Positions 24,749 to 38,822 of a DNA stretch of 64,000 nucleotides are shown one piece after another (position 1 is the first letter of the stretch; every line of letters starts with the position of its first letter). Made by a program: the position numbers and the translations under genes. Location: NCBI RefSeq assembly GCF_001194135.2, contig NC_069005.1, forward strand, positions 33,121,185 to 33,185,184, written 5' to 3'. The notes below the pieces were generated by a model, which was given only the letters and a program-made list of their open reading frames with translations, ran no database searches and had not been told where the DNA came from. Source of the stretch: Octopus bimaculoides. Lineage: Eukaryota.

Positions 24749-25909
24749 TTTTGACTCAGTGCTACGTCAGTGTTATAAGTTTAATGGACTATCTGTATGA
24801 ATATCTTATTGGTATTTATTCAGTAGAATCTGAAGTTTTGCAAACTAGATATGGTGGATCTTCCTACTTACTCTTGTCTCTCTTTTGTCTCCTTTCACTT
24901 ACCCTCTTATTTCACTTATGTAAATATATGCCACCTCATTAAACAAACATCTATAACATCAGCAACAACAATAAATAAAATGTACTTCAATGAGTTTCTG
25001 TAATTTTTGTTTTTCTCTGTGGAATGTGCTGAGAATCATTTTCAATAATTGCTAGCTTAAATATATTAGATTTACTCAAGTTGCTAATTGTTTTGTTTTG
25101 AGAGAGAAAGAGAGAGAGAGAGAGATTACCCCCACCCACCACCCGACAGAATTTTATCTGTTCTAATTAAAACAAGCATCTGGTATTAATTCTGCAAGTT
25201 GCATACTCTCTGCATTATTAAATGAAAACTCTTCCTTCCAACTGCTTCCCTCCCTCCCTCCTCCTATTCCTCACTCTCTCAGAATAGCGTCACAGTAAGT
25301 AGCTGAGCTGCTAAGTGTACATAGGTGCGCAAGGCATAGATTACCTGATACATTAAAGAAACACATTGGAATTGGTGCAGACAATACAATGACAAGAGGT
25401 GTAGGCCACCGATGCTGAATCAACACATCAACTCTGCACTGAACGTATTGGCATCTCATGACCTGCCACTGTGACATTGGCAGCCATGCTGTTGGCGGTG
25501 GGTTGTGGCGGCTGCCAAAATCTGAGAACAAAGAAACTCAGAAATACCGTCTTTACTTGTTGTGCTCCAAATCTTTGTAGACATTTTGTGTGTCACTTGA
25601 TACTTTCAATACTTAGCTACTTTCTCAGCTTGCACTCAGCCAGCCTTAATTTCAGATTCATAATCTGGTGTTTCTTTTGTTGTTCTTGTAAAAGGATTAT
25701 ATAAAAACAATAGTTTGAAGAACAGAGATGTGTTATGATGAAGCATGAGGATCTCTTTTTCATGGGGAAAGGGTTAAACTTGACCAGAACCTGGATATTA
25801 CCGATACATATTTAATACTGGTGAGATTTAAACTCTAGAATTTTATGAATCAAACTGAAAGCTATAAGGAATTCCATCCAGTTATTCCAGTGCCCTCTCT
25901 CTACTCCAC

Positions 25910-25948
<39 letters not shown>

Positions 25949-26412
25949 CCAATGTACTCTGTTTTTCTTTCTATTTAATTAAAGGTGGTGAGCTGGGAGA
26001 ATTGTTAGCACGCCAGGCAAAATGCTTAGCATTTCGTCCATCTTTATGTCCTGAGTTCAAATTCCACTGAAGTTGACCTTGTCTTTCATCCTTTTGGGGT
26101 TGATGAAATAAGTACCAGTTGAAAACTGGGGCTGATGTAATCAACTTGCCCCTTCTCTAATCATAATACCAGAGCCTTGACTTCCCAATGTGCAAAAGTC
26201 CTTCATCTACAAGCTATGCACTATATAGGGTAACATTAACTCCACAACCCATTCAAGGAACCCCATTTTGGCCTCCTGCATATCCAGTTGTAGTATTTTG
26301 GTCACTACCTATGCTCCATGACCAGGTAAATTAGAACAAGCTGTATAATAGTGAACAATACAGATGAGATATAATTTAGGATAGACATGTATTGAAAAGT
26401 TGGATGTTAAAC

Positions 26413-26477
<65 letters not shown>

Positions 26478-26478
26478 G

Positions 26479-26517
<39 letters not shown>

Positions 26518-26520
26518 ATG
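26413..26520. repeat. Compound trinucleotide microsatellite (TGA)n-(GCC)n-(GTC)n
   Basis: Directly visible. Other long tracts include (ACT)n 52255-52320, (GGCT)n ~51993-52030 and numerous (CA)n, (TA)n and (CT)n. Confidence 0.95.
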
Positions 26521-26754
26521 TGTCTTCCTATTGTCTTGACTTTGCCTGCTGTGTAAGTAATGTCACCATTGTGTAGACAGTTTCGATGTCTCTATGGGCC
26601 ACACAGATTTGTCCAGCTGCAGAGTTGCCTCATCATTAGAAAGACCTAGGAGAATAGTACTTTACCTGGAAACCTGTTAGGGCTGGTAATAGAAAGATTT
26701 TCTAAAGTCCTATTCTAGCATGGAAAAGTGAGCGTTAAAATGATGATGATGGTA

Positions 26755-26785
<31 letters not shown>

Positions 26786-26819
26786 TTTTTTTAAATCTAG
26801 AAATATGCATACATTTTTA

Positions 26820-27172
26820 TGCCTTGCTTCCTAACCACATGGTTCCAGGTTCAGTCCCACTGTGTGGCACCATGGGCAAGTGTCTTCTACTATAGCCCCG
26901 GACTGACCAAAGCCTTACAAATGGATTTAGTAGATGGAAACTGAAAGAAGCCCATACGTGTTTGTCCCCCTCTACCACTTGACAACTGGTGTGGGTGTGT
27001 TTACATCCCCATAACTTAGTGGTTTGGCAAAATGAGACCAGTAGAATAAATACCAGGGTTAAAAAAAAAAAAACAAGCAAGTAGTGGGGTTAATCATCTA
27101 GTTGACTAAAATTCTTCACAGTGGTGCCCCAGCATGGCCACAGTCTCACAGCTGAAACAAGTAAAGGATAAA
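26820..27172 (+). mobile_element. tRNA-derived CORE-type SINE family A, near full length
   Basis: B-box-like ggttcagtccc, CORE-like ggcaccatgggcaagtgtcttc, body ...ggaaactgaaagaagccc, and tail ...ccccagcatggccacagtc...gaaacaagtaaa. Many copies in the window. Confidence 0.8.
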
Positions 27173-27320
27173 ATATATGTGTAAATTGCATACACATGCA
27201 TGCACGCGTGCATGTGTGTGTATGCACTTGTGTATGCATGCAGAAATGTTAGTATCCTCCAGTGTTTTGAAATCCACTTGGTATATGAATTTGTGTGCTG
27301 ACGTGTGTTTGTGTGTATCT

Positions 27321-27359
<39 letters not shown>

Positions 27360-29697
27360 TTCATCTAGTCACTCCATTGTAATAAATGTAATGCTCTAGA
27401 ATACTGTAGTGAAGCTTAAAATAGATTTCCAGGGCAGCAGTTGATAGGTAAGAGAAAGAGGGCAGCAAGGAAGATATGGTCTCTATTATCCACTCCATCC
27501 CCCGCCCTCCACACTTTTCATCATTCTCCACCCTTGTCCACTCACCTCGAACTGCTACACACACACTCTCTCTCTCTCTCTCTCTTCATCCATCTTGAAG
27601 TAAATCCACTTTTGTCAGCATTATTGGATAGATGCTGTATACATGTGTTGTATAGTTGCTTTCCTTGTACAGTTTATAGGTGCTATATGTGTGCATGCAT
27701 GCATGCATGTATGTATGTGTGTGTGTATAGGTGTTGTGTGTGGTGTTGATTGTTATGATGTAAGCATCACCTGGTTTTAACACCACCTCATGGCCTTTGG
27801 GTGCTTTTAGCAGAGGCCGTTGTTGTTTTTCTTTCTTTCTTTTTTTGGCAAGTATTTGGACCAGGTCTCTGGTCTGAGGACGACTTCCTCCCACCAGTTT
27901 TAGAACCCATGAAAAGTGTCATGGACACCACCTTTTTACCCCCCCCCCCTATGACTAAACTACTAACAAAATAAAAGTGCAAGTGGTTCCTAACTTATGT
28001 ATTTCCCCTCCTCTCTTCCTTGTTGCTCTTCTTGCTACTGTTGTAACTTTTTTTTGTTGTGTTATCCCTCTTTGTCAGCCACTTCCACCCCCATCCTGCA
28101 AGTATCTATATTTACACTGCTTTACATATATTAAGATACATTTAGCATTGCTGTTTAGGAGTTCTGAGGGGAAAATGCAAATTTAGCAAAGAAGAATGCT
28201 TGGAAAATTGAAATACCAAACATTTCCAGACATAATTACTCCCATTATTAATTCTCTTTGACTCTTCATGGCAACTCACTGAACTCTTTTATCAATTCTC
28301 TTTATACTATCTTTGAAGGATTTAGAAATTATAATTTCTATAAGGAGTCATTATAAAGGTCAATTATATTTGATAACGGGATAATGTCTGGACTAAACAA
28401 TTGATGATAGGCATGATGATACTCATCAATGCACACCAGCCTCTGGCCTCTGGCCTCTGGCTCCTCAGTATACTTCTTCTGCAAGTGGTATGGCATGGGT
28501 TTTGTCTACCCTTTATGGTAGCCAATTTAGTCACCCCTCTTTCTTAAGTGTAACATACTTTTGACTACAGTGAATGCATGTAATATAAAGTGTGCAGTCT
28601 GCACATCCCGCTCTAGGTCACTGTCTTCTACCTCTGCAACAGTGGTCACTGCTTTTTCCTAATTCACTTGCCTCTTCACCACATCAACACCCATGCACTA
28701 ATCATCTCTGAACATCAGCCATCTGCAGTTCCCTCCCTGGCCATGCTTCTGCTGTAGCTGTTCAGGAGGGGCCATTAATTGCTTCAATCTCCCTAAACTT
28801 GGGAGGCATGTGAAGGCCAAAGGCACAACTCAAGTTGTCGAATGGATAATGTGGATAAACTCCCAAGCGCTTGCTTAAACAGCAGACGCATAAGAAAGAA
28901 CAGTTTTAGGAAGTAATTCTTCATCTGTTTCTGCTTAACCCTGTTATTCTGTTGAGAAGTTATATAGAAAATACTTCTTAGCTTACATGTGGGTGGGTAA
29001 GCTATACCTCCTCCCCTCCATGATTCATTCCATACCAAAAGCTATGTTATTTTTAAAACATATAAACATATTTTAGTATACTAAATTTTTTAGGTTTCAT
29101 ACTTTGTTTAGTGCAAGGAAACTGTTTTTTGGGCTGTACCAAGTGTGACTCTCAGTGCAGTTGTTGTTGTTGTTGTTGTTGTTGTTTTGTTTACATTTAG
29201 TTTGAGAAGGAAGCCATGCTCATTAGCTGCTACAGGCTTCCGTTGACTTTGTAAGGCAAAGGTGGTTAATATTGTCAGAATATTATTTGAGTGTATGTGT
29301 GCGTGTGTGTGTGTGTATATATATATATGTCAGTAAATAGTGGGGTTGTGTTAACCGCACGTGGAGAAATAATAGGAAAATGAAGAATAAGGCAGAATGC
29401 TAAATTGGAAGCGTGTTTTAATAAAGATTTCAAATTGGAAGCATGTTTTAATAAAGATGGCTTTCATTGCGAAGCGAATTTTCAAGAAGGAGAATGAAAA
29501 TGTTTTTTACAAAGAAGTACAAAATGAAGAAAATAATATATAAAAAAATAACTATGCCAATACATTATATTGTCTTTGAGCTTTTGAAGTTCAATGGTAG
29601 TCCATGTAGGTAATGGTTGGAAAAAATAAGGATGCATGAGAATTGGGAGTTGTGTTAGGTTTGAGAAAAGGGTTAAAAGTTTGTGTTAAGCAGGAAG

Positions 29698-29831
29698 TGT
29701 GGTGTCAAAAGAGGAAGTGTGTGTAAGGGGAGACAAATGTTTTTCAACAGGAACTTCCTGTTGAAAAAGAGTTCATAACTCCAACTAAAAACATTTGTCT
29801 CCCCTTACATACACTTCCTCTTGACACCACA
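29698..29831. repeat. 134-bp foldback inverted repeat
   Basis: 45-bp arms (29698-29744 and 29787-29831) with one 2-nt bulge and one G-T pair enclose a perfect inner hairpin caacaggaa-c-ttcctgttg centred at 29754. Confidence 0.9.
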
Positions 29832-30155
29832 GTATAGTTATTTTTTTATGTATTTTTTTTTTTATGTATTATTTTCTTCATNNNNNNNNNNNNNNNNNNN
29901 NNNNNNNNNNNNNNNNNNNNNNNNNNNNNNNNNNNNNNNNNNNNNNNNNNNNNNNNNNNNNNNNNNNNNNNNNNNNNNNNNNNNNNNNNNNNNNNNNNNN
30001 NNNNNNNNNNNNNNNNNNNNNNNNNNNNNNNNNNNNNNNNNNNNNNNNNNNNNNNNNNNNNNNNNNNNNNNNNNNNNNNNNNNNNNNNNNNNNNNNNNNN
30101 NNNNNNNNNNNNNNNNNNNNNNNNNNNNNNNNNNNNNNNNNNNNNNNNNNNNNNN

Positions 30156-30197
<42 letters not shown>

Positions 30198-30760
30198 AAT
30201 TTGCCCTTCTCTGAAAATTGCTGAGCTACAAGTGGTGATATTGTCATTTCCTTCTGTCAACAAATCATCTGCTGGTTTGGTGCTTTTGAATATCTCTAGA
30301 ATAAATAGTAGAGTCCTTATTTGAAAAACAAGCTAGGGTTAGTGACAACAAGAGCATCGGCTGTAAAACAGTGCCACAATATATACACATCTAACCGTTA
30401 CTAGCACAGAAAAAATACTCAAAATGAATGAATGAATATATATATATATATACATACAGAGAATATAATGAAGACACCTAAAGAAGAATGGAGAATTATA
30501 CATCTTCAAAATTTATTTATTATAATATTATTGCCATTAAATTCATATTAAATACCTATCCAACATCTGTTTCTGCTGGATAAGTGTCCTAATGGCCAAC
30601 CAGATCTGGATTATATTGGAATGTTAATAAGGTACCTGTCCAGAGTCCAAACCCCTATTCATTTACATTACACACACACACACACATGTGATCATGTGTG
30701 TGTGTGTGTGTGTATACACATTTGAAGGATTGCAAAAAACAAAATGACTATTGAGGATTG

Positions 30761-30818
<58 letters not shown>

Positions 30819-31787
30819 NNNNNNNNNNNNNNNNNNNNNNNNNNNNNNNNNNNNNNNNNNNNNNNNNNNNNNNNNNNNNNNNNNNNNNNNNNNNNNNNNN
30901 NNNNNNNNNNNNNNNNNNNNNNNNNNNNNNNNNNNNNNNNNNNNNNNNNNNNNNNNNNNNNNNNNNNNNNNNNNNNNNNNNNNNNNNNNNNNNNNNNNNN
31001 NNNNNNNNNNNNNNNNNNNNNNNNNNNNNNNNNNNNNNNNNNNNNNNNNNNNNNNNNNNNNNNNNNNNNNNNNNNNNNNNNNNNNNNNNNNNNNNNNNNN
31101 NNNNNNNNNNNNNNNNNNNNNNNNNNNNNNNNNNNNNNNNNNNNNNNNNNNNNNNNNNNNNNNNNNNNNNNNNNNNNNNNNNNNNNNNTTTCCTTCATCT
31201 TCAACTGGCAGCTTTGTTGCAGTTTATCACTTTATCAGTTTTGGAATGTTTTTTTTCCCATATTTTTTGTCAGTTTTTCTTTCTTATTTCTATTTTTTTC
31301 TGTCTGTTTTCATTTTTTTCTCAGCATTAACTTTTAATTTTTTTTTATCATTATATATTCATTTTTTTCCCCCCTGATAATGTTTTTGCTTCTATTTCGA
31401 TTGTTTAAATCTGCACTTGGTGCAGTAACCACACTACTGCAGCACCTGTAAGCATTACAAATATTTGTAATGCAGAAATCCTGGTACCTGTTACACCAGA
31501 TCCTTGGACTAAATGAATTCATAACCGAGCCATGGCTCTTTATTCCTTTACATTCTCAATTCAATTCCTGTCCAGTACCTCATGTTATTCCTCATGGGTC
31601 AACTGAATTTATTGTTACGTTCTAATTTCAAATATTGCTAAAAGCAGCATTGCTTTCCTTCCCAATGAAGTTGATAAGTACCAGTTATGTCTTGGTGTTG
31701 ATTTGACATTGATGACTGTTTCCTCTTCCAAAAAATTTGCAGGCCTGTATCTATATTAGAAATCATTATTCTTATTGTTATTCAGAA

Positions 31788-32140
31788 AGGTGATTCTCAA
31801 CCATTTTTTAAATATTATCTACAAACTCTTTTGATTACTATTTTTCTCTGGTGGACCCCTCCCCCATAGCCATTCGATGTTTAAAAACTAGTATTATAGA
31901 TACTTCTTTCAAAATTCCTATTTTGTTTTTCGCACATTAACTCGTGTAGGTCGAAATACGTAAAATGTTTGAGAAGGAAACCCAGCTGTTTCTTACAATA
32001 TACACATCTAAAGCAACCTTTTTTTTATGGACCCTTAAAATACTACTTTGGATTTCCAATTTACTATTTTGCTTGCATGGAGCCCCAAAATTCTTAAATG
32101 GACTCCCAGGGATAATCTGAACTCCGGTTGAGAACCATTG
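31788..32140. mobile_element. hAT (Charlie-like) MITE, ~353 bp
   Basis: Left end AGGTGATTCTCAACC and right end GGTTGAGAACCATTG are decayed CAGTGGTTCTCAACC-type TIRs; no ORF between them. Confidence 0.7.
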
Positions 32141-32399
32141 ATTTGGAACATCAAACAAAATGCTTTACAGCATTTCTTCAGGCTCTTTAAGTTCAGGGTT
32201 CATGTACTGCCAAGGTCAACTTTGCTTTCATCTGTTTTCAGGGTCAATAAAATACAATACCAGTCAAGTTCTGGGGTTTTAATTTATCCCCCCACTCCCT
32301 CTAAATTACCGGATTTTTGCCTAAGCTACATATGATTATTATCGACAGTATTATATTGGAGTAGAAGGCCCTGCATCTGAAGATCCTTTCACTGAGAAA

Positions 32400-32500
32400 A
32401 CGAAAGAATTTTCAGGCACTGGACCTCACTGAGGAGATGATAAGGAACTAGAGCTTCTGGTGATTTACTGGCTTGAGAAGATGCATCAAGCATCCGGGGT
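32400..32500 (+). mobile_element. RTE LINE ORF C-terminal remnant
   Basis: caggcactggacctcactgaggagatgataagg...gcttgagaagatgc reads ALDLTEEMIR, like RTE C-termini (LxLTEEMTxDRxxWR), and resembles the junction sequence at 53990-54010. Confidence 0.45.
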
Positions 32501-33213
32501 CTTCCAGCTGGACACCAGCCTGGAATTTCCAAGGGCCTATGCTATTGCTAAATAGTTGTTGAACCTACACTAGATTCATTTGTTCTTTTGACAGGTCCTG
32601 TTTCTAGTCTTGCTGGGTTTCTAGCAATCCCCCTCACTTGGCAAGCCTAGCGGGGGGTGCTGGTTTAGTCGCTGATGACCTGGCCATGCAACAAGCTCTA
32701 CTGGATTCCTCAGAGATCTCACAAGTGACCTGACTATAAGAATATATTTAGTCCTGTATATAATATTGTCCTTGTTAGAGTATGCCTGAATAAACGCCAG
32801 GATGGTTATAGATGGAGCATTTTTAATCATAGGTCTGCTTGTTTAGAGCTGACCTAGAGTTAAACAACAACAACAACAATCACGAAAGGTGTACTATTAA
32901 TACAAGGTCAATTCAGTTGGATTTATCTCCCTTCCCTGTGGAAGTTGGTTTAAAAAAAAATTCAATATTTTTTGTGAAGACTACAATCTCCAATCATGAC
33001 CACTATCAACCTAGCACCAGCATTAACCAATATCTGCTACCACTACGACCATCATTATCAAACGTTATCAGTACTGGCACCATTCTCATTGACAAACCAC
33101 CACCCCAATACTGTACCAATGATGCCTATACATAGCTAAGTTATTCATTTGGTAATTTGTTGTATATTAGGTCCTATGTCAAGGAATTTAGCCTGCAGTA
33201 CACAACTATAACA

Positions 33214-33258
<45 letters not shown>

Positions 33259-34152
33259 ATGCATGCATATAAGTACTACATTAAGTGGAATGATACTACT
33301 TCACTTTTGTGTAGATACATGTGTATAGGAACACATGGATGCACTTGTGCACATTTCTGATGGATATACTGACTCACACGTGCATACATGCATTTATTTT
33401 CTTCCCTCTCTCTTTCTCTTTGCCATAGACATACTGTTGAACATAAATGTACACATTTTGCACATACTTGTGCAAATGTGTAGAAAATATAAACACACAC
33501 CGTTTCTCTCTCTCTCTCTCAGATTTATCATCAGCAACATATTTGTCTTGGTATGTTCCAGTAATTTGTTGGTGCAGGATGAAGAGGCAATGAATGAGAG
33601 CAGAGGTGTCAGGTGGTGGTGACAGTGAAGTTGATAGTAGTGTTGGTACTTACAGTGATGATGATGATGACTGTGGTGGCGGTGGTGGTGGTGGAGGATA
33701 TAGGAAGAGGAAATAAGGTAAATTAGTTATGGTGTCAAATCCAGAATAAGGTAATTCTTGTTCTAGAGAACCGGAGTTGTTGGTGCTGGTGTGTGTGTGT
33801 GGTGCGGTATTCCTGTAAGAGAGGGTTTTGGTGTGCAACTTCTCAAAAGGAACCTGAACTGCTTCAATCTTTTCAGCCTTGGAGGGCCTGTGATGGCAGT
33901 GGGTACAGTTTTTGTTTACTTTGGTTCAAATCACTGGAGAGAAGTGGAGGAAGTAAAAGCAACCTTTGATTAAGGAACAGAGAGATGGTGTTGAAAGGAT
34001 TGTGTGTGTGTGTGTGTGCGTGTGTGAATTTTAAGGAAGTGTCTTTAAATATTGCAGAGATAGGTGGATGGTGGGACAAAAAGTAATGAACCAGATTACA
34101 GTAAAAGGCTAAAGAACATACTGGAGCAGTATGATGATGATAATGATGATGA

Positions 34153-34367
34153 GGTGAGCTGGCAAAAACGTTGGCATGCCGGGCGAAATGCTTAGCGGTA
34201 TTTCGTTACGTTCTGAGTTCAAATTCCGCCGAGGTCAACTTTGCCTTTCATCCTTTCGGGGTCGATTAAATAAGTACCAGTTACACACTGAGGTCGATGT
34301 AATCGACTTAATCCCCTTGTCTGTCCTTGTTTGTCCCCTCTGTTTAGTCCTCTGTGGGCAATAAAGA
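34153..34367 (+). mobile_element. tRNA-derived SINE family B, best-preserved copy
   Basis: A-box-like tggcaaaaacgttggc, B-box gagttcaaattcc, conserved body gcctttcatcctttcggggtcgattaaataagtaccag. Inserted within a (GAT)n tract; CpGs intact. Confidence 0.85.
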
Positions 34368-36939
34368 ATGATGATGATGATGATATATACAGTAATCCTC
34401 ATTTAATATCTGTGTTCCATGTTACATGGATTGGATGGTTCAACAGTATCCAAAGAGCCATAGAACTGTGTTGAGCTTTAATGCCTACTTAACATGATTT
34501 CTACAGCTGGATGCCATTCCTAATGCCAACCCCTCTACAGGATGGGCATGCAAGATTCTGATCTGGTAATCATGTTAATCTACAATTATGAAGGAACTCA
34601 GTGTTGAGCCAAGAGTATTTCATAAATGGGTTTCTTCAAATTCTTACTGCACGGCAGCCATCAGTCATGAAACACTGATGTGTGGGTGAGGAAGGGAGGA
34701 TCATTATACAGGGTCATTGTCATCATTGTCATCACTAACACCACCACCACCACCACCATTATTGTCATCGTTGTCACCACCACCACCACCACTGATTGGC
34801 AGAATTGATGTTTATTTATTCACATTGCATTGAATTAATTGTGCATTCTCTCATATTTGTGAGATTTCTGAGATGTGACTCTTTATGTTGGGGAATGATA
34901 TTGTAGGAAAGGTGTAAGAGACTGAATCTGACTGGTTTTGAACATAAAAGAGGTAAAATATTTAGACCGGATATGGTCAGTTTGAATGGTAGACATCAAA
35001 ATGCGCTGCAGTATTACTGATGTCTCTTTCTCTGTTTTGAATTCAAATCCTGCCAGGGTTGATAAAATAAAGAATCGGTCAACTCTGTAATCAATTAATA
35101 TTGTCTATTCCAAATGTAATCAATATCATTATTTTCTTGGAGATCAACTTTGTCTTTCATCCTTCTGTAGAGTGTCTGTCAATGATATAAAGTACCAGTT
35201 AAGTACTAGGGGTTGATATCGTCGACTCTTCTCTTGGCCTAGATTTCTTGTCTAGCGCCAATGTCTGAGATCAATATCATAATAATCATCACCATTATCA
35301 TTATGATTCTCTTCTCCTCCTCCTCTGTCGTTCTGTTTCTCAGTCAACTGTATATGAATACAAATGTAACCAAATGATGTTGCTTAACTTAATACTGTGT
35401 TGCAATAGATAACTAGATAAATAAAGAAATGAAATTCAGTTGAATATTTGATGTAGTTCATGAGAGATGAAACAGAGTTCTTTTGACTCTCTCTCTCTCT
35501 CTCTCATTACTCACCAGCACCCCCCCCCCNNNNNNNNNNNNNNNNNNNNNNNNNNNNNNNNNNNNNNNNNNNNNNNNNNNNNNNNNNNNNNNNNNNNNNN
35601 NNNNNNNNNNNNNNNNNNNNNNNNNNNNNNNNNNNNNNNNNNNNNNNNNNNNNNNNNNNNNNNNNNNNNNNNNNNNNNNNNNNNNNNNNNNNNNNNNNNN
35701 NNNNNNNNNNNNNNNNNNNNNNNNNNNNNNNNNNNNNNNNNNNNNNNNNNNNNNNNNNNNNNNNNNNNNNNNATAATTGAAATACACAAAAAACAAAAAC
35801 AAAACAAAAGACTAAGAATGCCATTAGGAAAGGAATTTTTGTAAGCAAGCAAACAAAAGGTGACCAGCAAATAGGGATGATGATGATTCTGGTGATGATG
35901 ATGATGGTGATGATGATAGTAGTAGTGGTGGTGGTGGTGGTGGTGGTAATGATGATGCTGATGGTGATGCTACAGTAGATGGGAGGTAGGGTAGGGTAAT
36001 GTATGATTGTAGTGGTAGTGTTGTCGATAGGGTGTAAGTGTGGGTGATGATGACATGGAAACATCCAGTTACAGGGGTGGTTGGGGGTAGGTAGGCGAAG
36101 GGAAGTTAGATGGACTTCAAATCAATATGTGATGGTTATTCTATTGATGTTCCACCTCTCTCTCTCTCTCCCTCTCTTTCTCCATCTGCCTCTTATCTTG
36201 CTCTCCCCCCCCCCATCTCGTCTGTCTTCAGTCTCCCCATCTTTCAATCCTATATATATATGTCTGTCTGTAAGCTAACAATCTTACTGTTAATCCTCTT
36301 CTCTGCCTCCCACCTCCCTCTCCCCTTACTCACCACACACACACACACACACACATGCACAAACACATACACACACACACACACACGTCTTTAGCTGTCT
36401 TCCTCTCTCGCTCTCCACCTCTTGTCTGTCATCTCACCTCCCACCTCTCCTCTGACTAATATGGCTCCAGCAGAAGGTGGAGGAGGGAAAAACTAACCAA
36501 AGAAACATTCATTTTTATGATGTTTTCCTTTGTATTTATTTATTCATTTTGATTGTATTACCATGGCAATAGTGTTGTTGTTGTTGTTAGTATTTGTGGT
36601 AGTAGTGGATATGGGGTGGGGCTGGGTGTACCCCTCTGTCAGTTTCTCTGATGGAGCCAGCATCCACAATGGTGGCTTGTGGTGGGAGTGAATCGGTTGT
36701 ATTGCTAGAATTAATGATGATGATGATAGTGGTGGCCAGACTTTGGCCAGTCTGTGAGCTGTACCAATTATTGAAATGATGCCAGCAGTGAGTGCGATCA
36801 GAATTTAGCAAGAATATATCTTAAAGTTTCTCCATTGATGTCATTGCTAGTAACTCTAGAGTTGTTACCACTCGTCATTCTCATGTTGATGTTACTAGTC
36901 AAGTAGTTATTGTCTCTACTGGTCATCACATTGGTATTA

Positions 36940-37105
36940 AAACCTGGTCACTCTCATATCATCAGTGGTCACTCTATTACTGTCAATCACTCTGATGTTA
37001 TCACCAATGGTCACTCTGGTGACATCACCTCTGGTCTCTCTCTCTCTAACTTCAGCAGTGGTCACTTTGGTTACTCTGATGTCACCACTGGTCACTTTAG
37101 TGATG
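36940..37105. repeat. Degenerate GGTCACT(C/T)T-based repeat
   Basis: ggtcactct/ggtcacttt recurs at irregular ~20-30 bp spacing; it generates the spurious GHS/VT-rich ORFs 36910-37239. Confidence 0.6.
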
Positions 37106-38142
37106 TTCCCACTCCTATCTTGTTTGGAGACTCTCTTGCTGTCGCAATCACTTTTTACATTTGGTCAGTCAATATTGATTGCAATTTTTTCACAGGTTTT
37201 CTAAGCACTCTTCTTAGTACTTCAAATCCAATTGACTGACCAGGGCTAAATGGTCAAGTTAATAATAATATACTGGACAATGAGCTAGAAGTTGGTAATT
37301 TATATTCTGTCACCTGTATTATATTGTATCCTTGACCAGGACATTTAACTCCTCATAGCCCAGTCAACCTAGCTACATTTAGGTACCGCAGTATAACTGC
37401 ATGCAATTAAGTATAGCTATTTGTAGCATAGTCTTCAGTACAGTATCCTTGAGCAAGACACTTGACATTTCTCGTTTTTTTTCCTCATTCCTTGGATTTT
37501 ATCAACATATTTTTACAGAAAGGAAAACAAAGCATTAAAGGTATAAACGATCAAATTATAGCTTTATATATAATTCAGTCTACACATTGACTGATTTGCT
37601 CTAGTAGATCACCCTAGTGGATCAAATTAATTAATGAAGCATTAGTGGGAGACAATTACAATACAAAGACACATATATACATACACATTATCTACCTCTG
37701 CTTGACAACTAGTGTTTGTTTGTTTATGTCCCTATAACTTAACAGTTTGGTAAAAAAAAAAATAAGCAAAAAGGCTGTTAGAAGAAGTGAATAAGTACCA
37801 GGCTTTATAACCAAAAAAGTCCTGGGGTTGATTTGTTCAGCCAAACCTTTCAAGGTGGTACCCTAGCATGGCTGCAGTGAGTTAAAGAAGATAGAAGATG
37901 AGAGATGCACGCATGCCCTACTGTTTATCAAATTTCAACCATAAGAACAATGTGATATTAGAAACACTTGCCTAAGGTGCTGTGTCATGGGCCTGAACCC
38001 ACAACCACATTATTGCAAAGCATACATCGAAATGAAACAGCTACACCTGTTCTGATAGGTGAGGAGAGTTTTGTGGATGGTGTTAGGATATTATGATTCT
38101 TAATGCCATGAAAACTCCAGATTAGACACAAAATGTGTGCAA

Positions 38143-38191
<49 letters not shown>

Positions 38192-38756
38192 CATAGACAC
38201 ACATAAACACGCATACACACACACATACAGAAACTGTTCTATTTTCTTTGTTCTTCTGTGAAATAAAAATCAATTTGAAAATGAGTTGTCGAATAGATAT
38301 GGTTATATTAAAGTAATTAACTGATAATGAGGAAGTTTTCCGAAATATTAGGCTGGGAATAATCCCAGTTAATTATCCACTTAGCTTCTGCTTCCCTTTT
38401 TCCCCTCCCAATTTCTTATCCATGAATTGAATACTCCCAAGGTAATGTGTGATATCTAGTTTGCTCGCCTCACCCACTCACCTTCGTCGTCATTTTAATA
38501 TTGTTTATAGCCTTGGCTACTCCTCTCCCTTCTCTCTTTCTCTCTTTTGTTTATTATTGATGAAATAGTATCAATTAACCATCGAGAAAACTGCTCCACT
38601 TCAAATATATATTTAATTAAAATGTGTGTATGTATGTATGTATATATATATGTATTGTGTGTGTTGTGATTTCCGTGTATACACCGTGAAGTGTTCAATA
38701 CATGTAGGTAATAAAATGTATACATTGTGTGTGTATGTGCAGGTAATATTGTAGTT

Positions 38757-38822
<66 letters not shown>

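Noticed and set aside
34153-34230. Possible tRNA gene (A and B boxes)
   Set aside because: No cloverleaf, and it continues into a multicopy SINE body.
36563-36691. Signal-peptide-like smORF MAIVLLLLLVFVVVVDMGW... with a good Kozak context
   Set aside because: Its hydrophobicity comes from (TTG)n/(GTA)n microsatellites, and there is no suitable donor for BLTP2.
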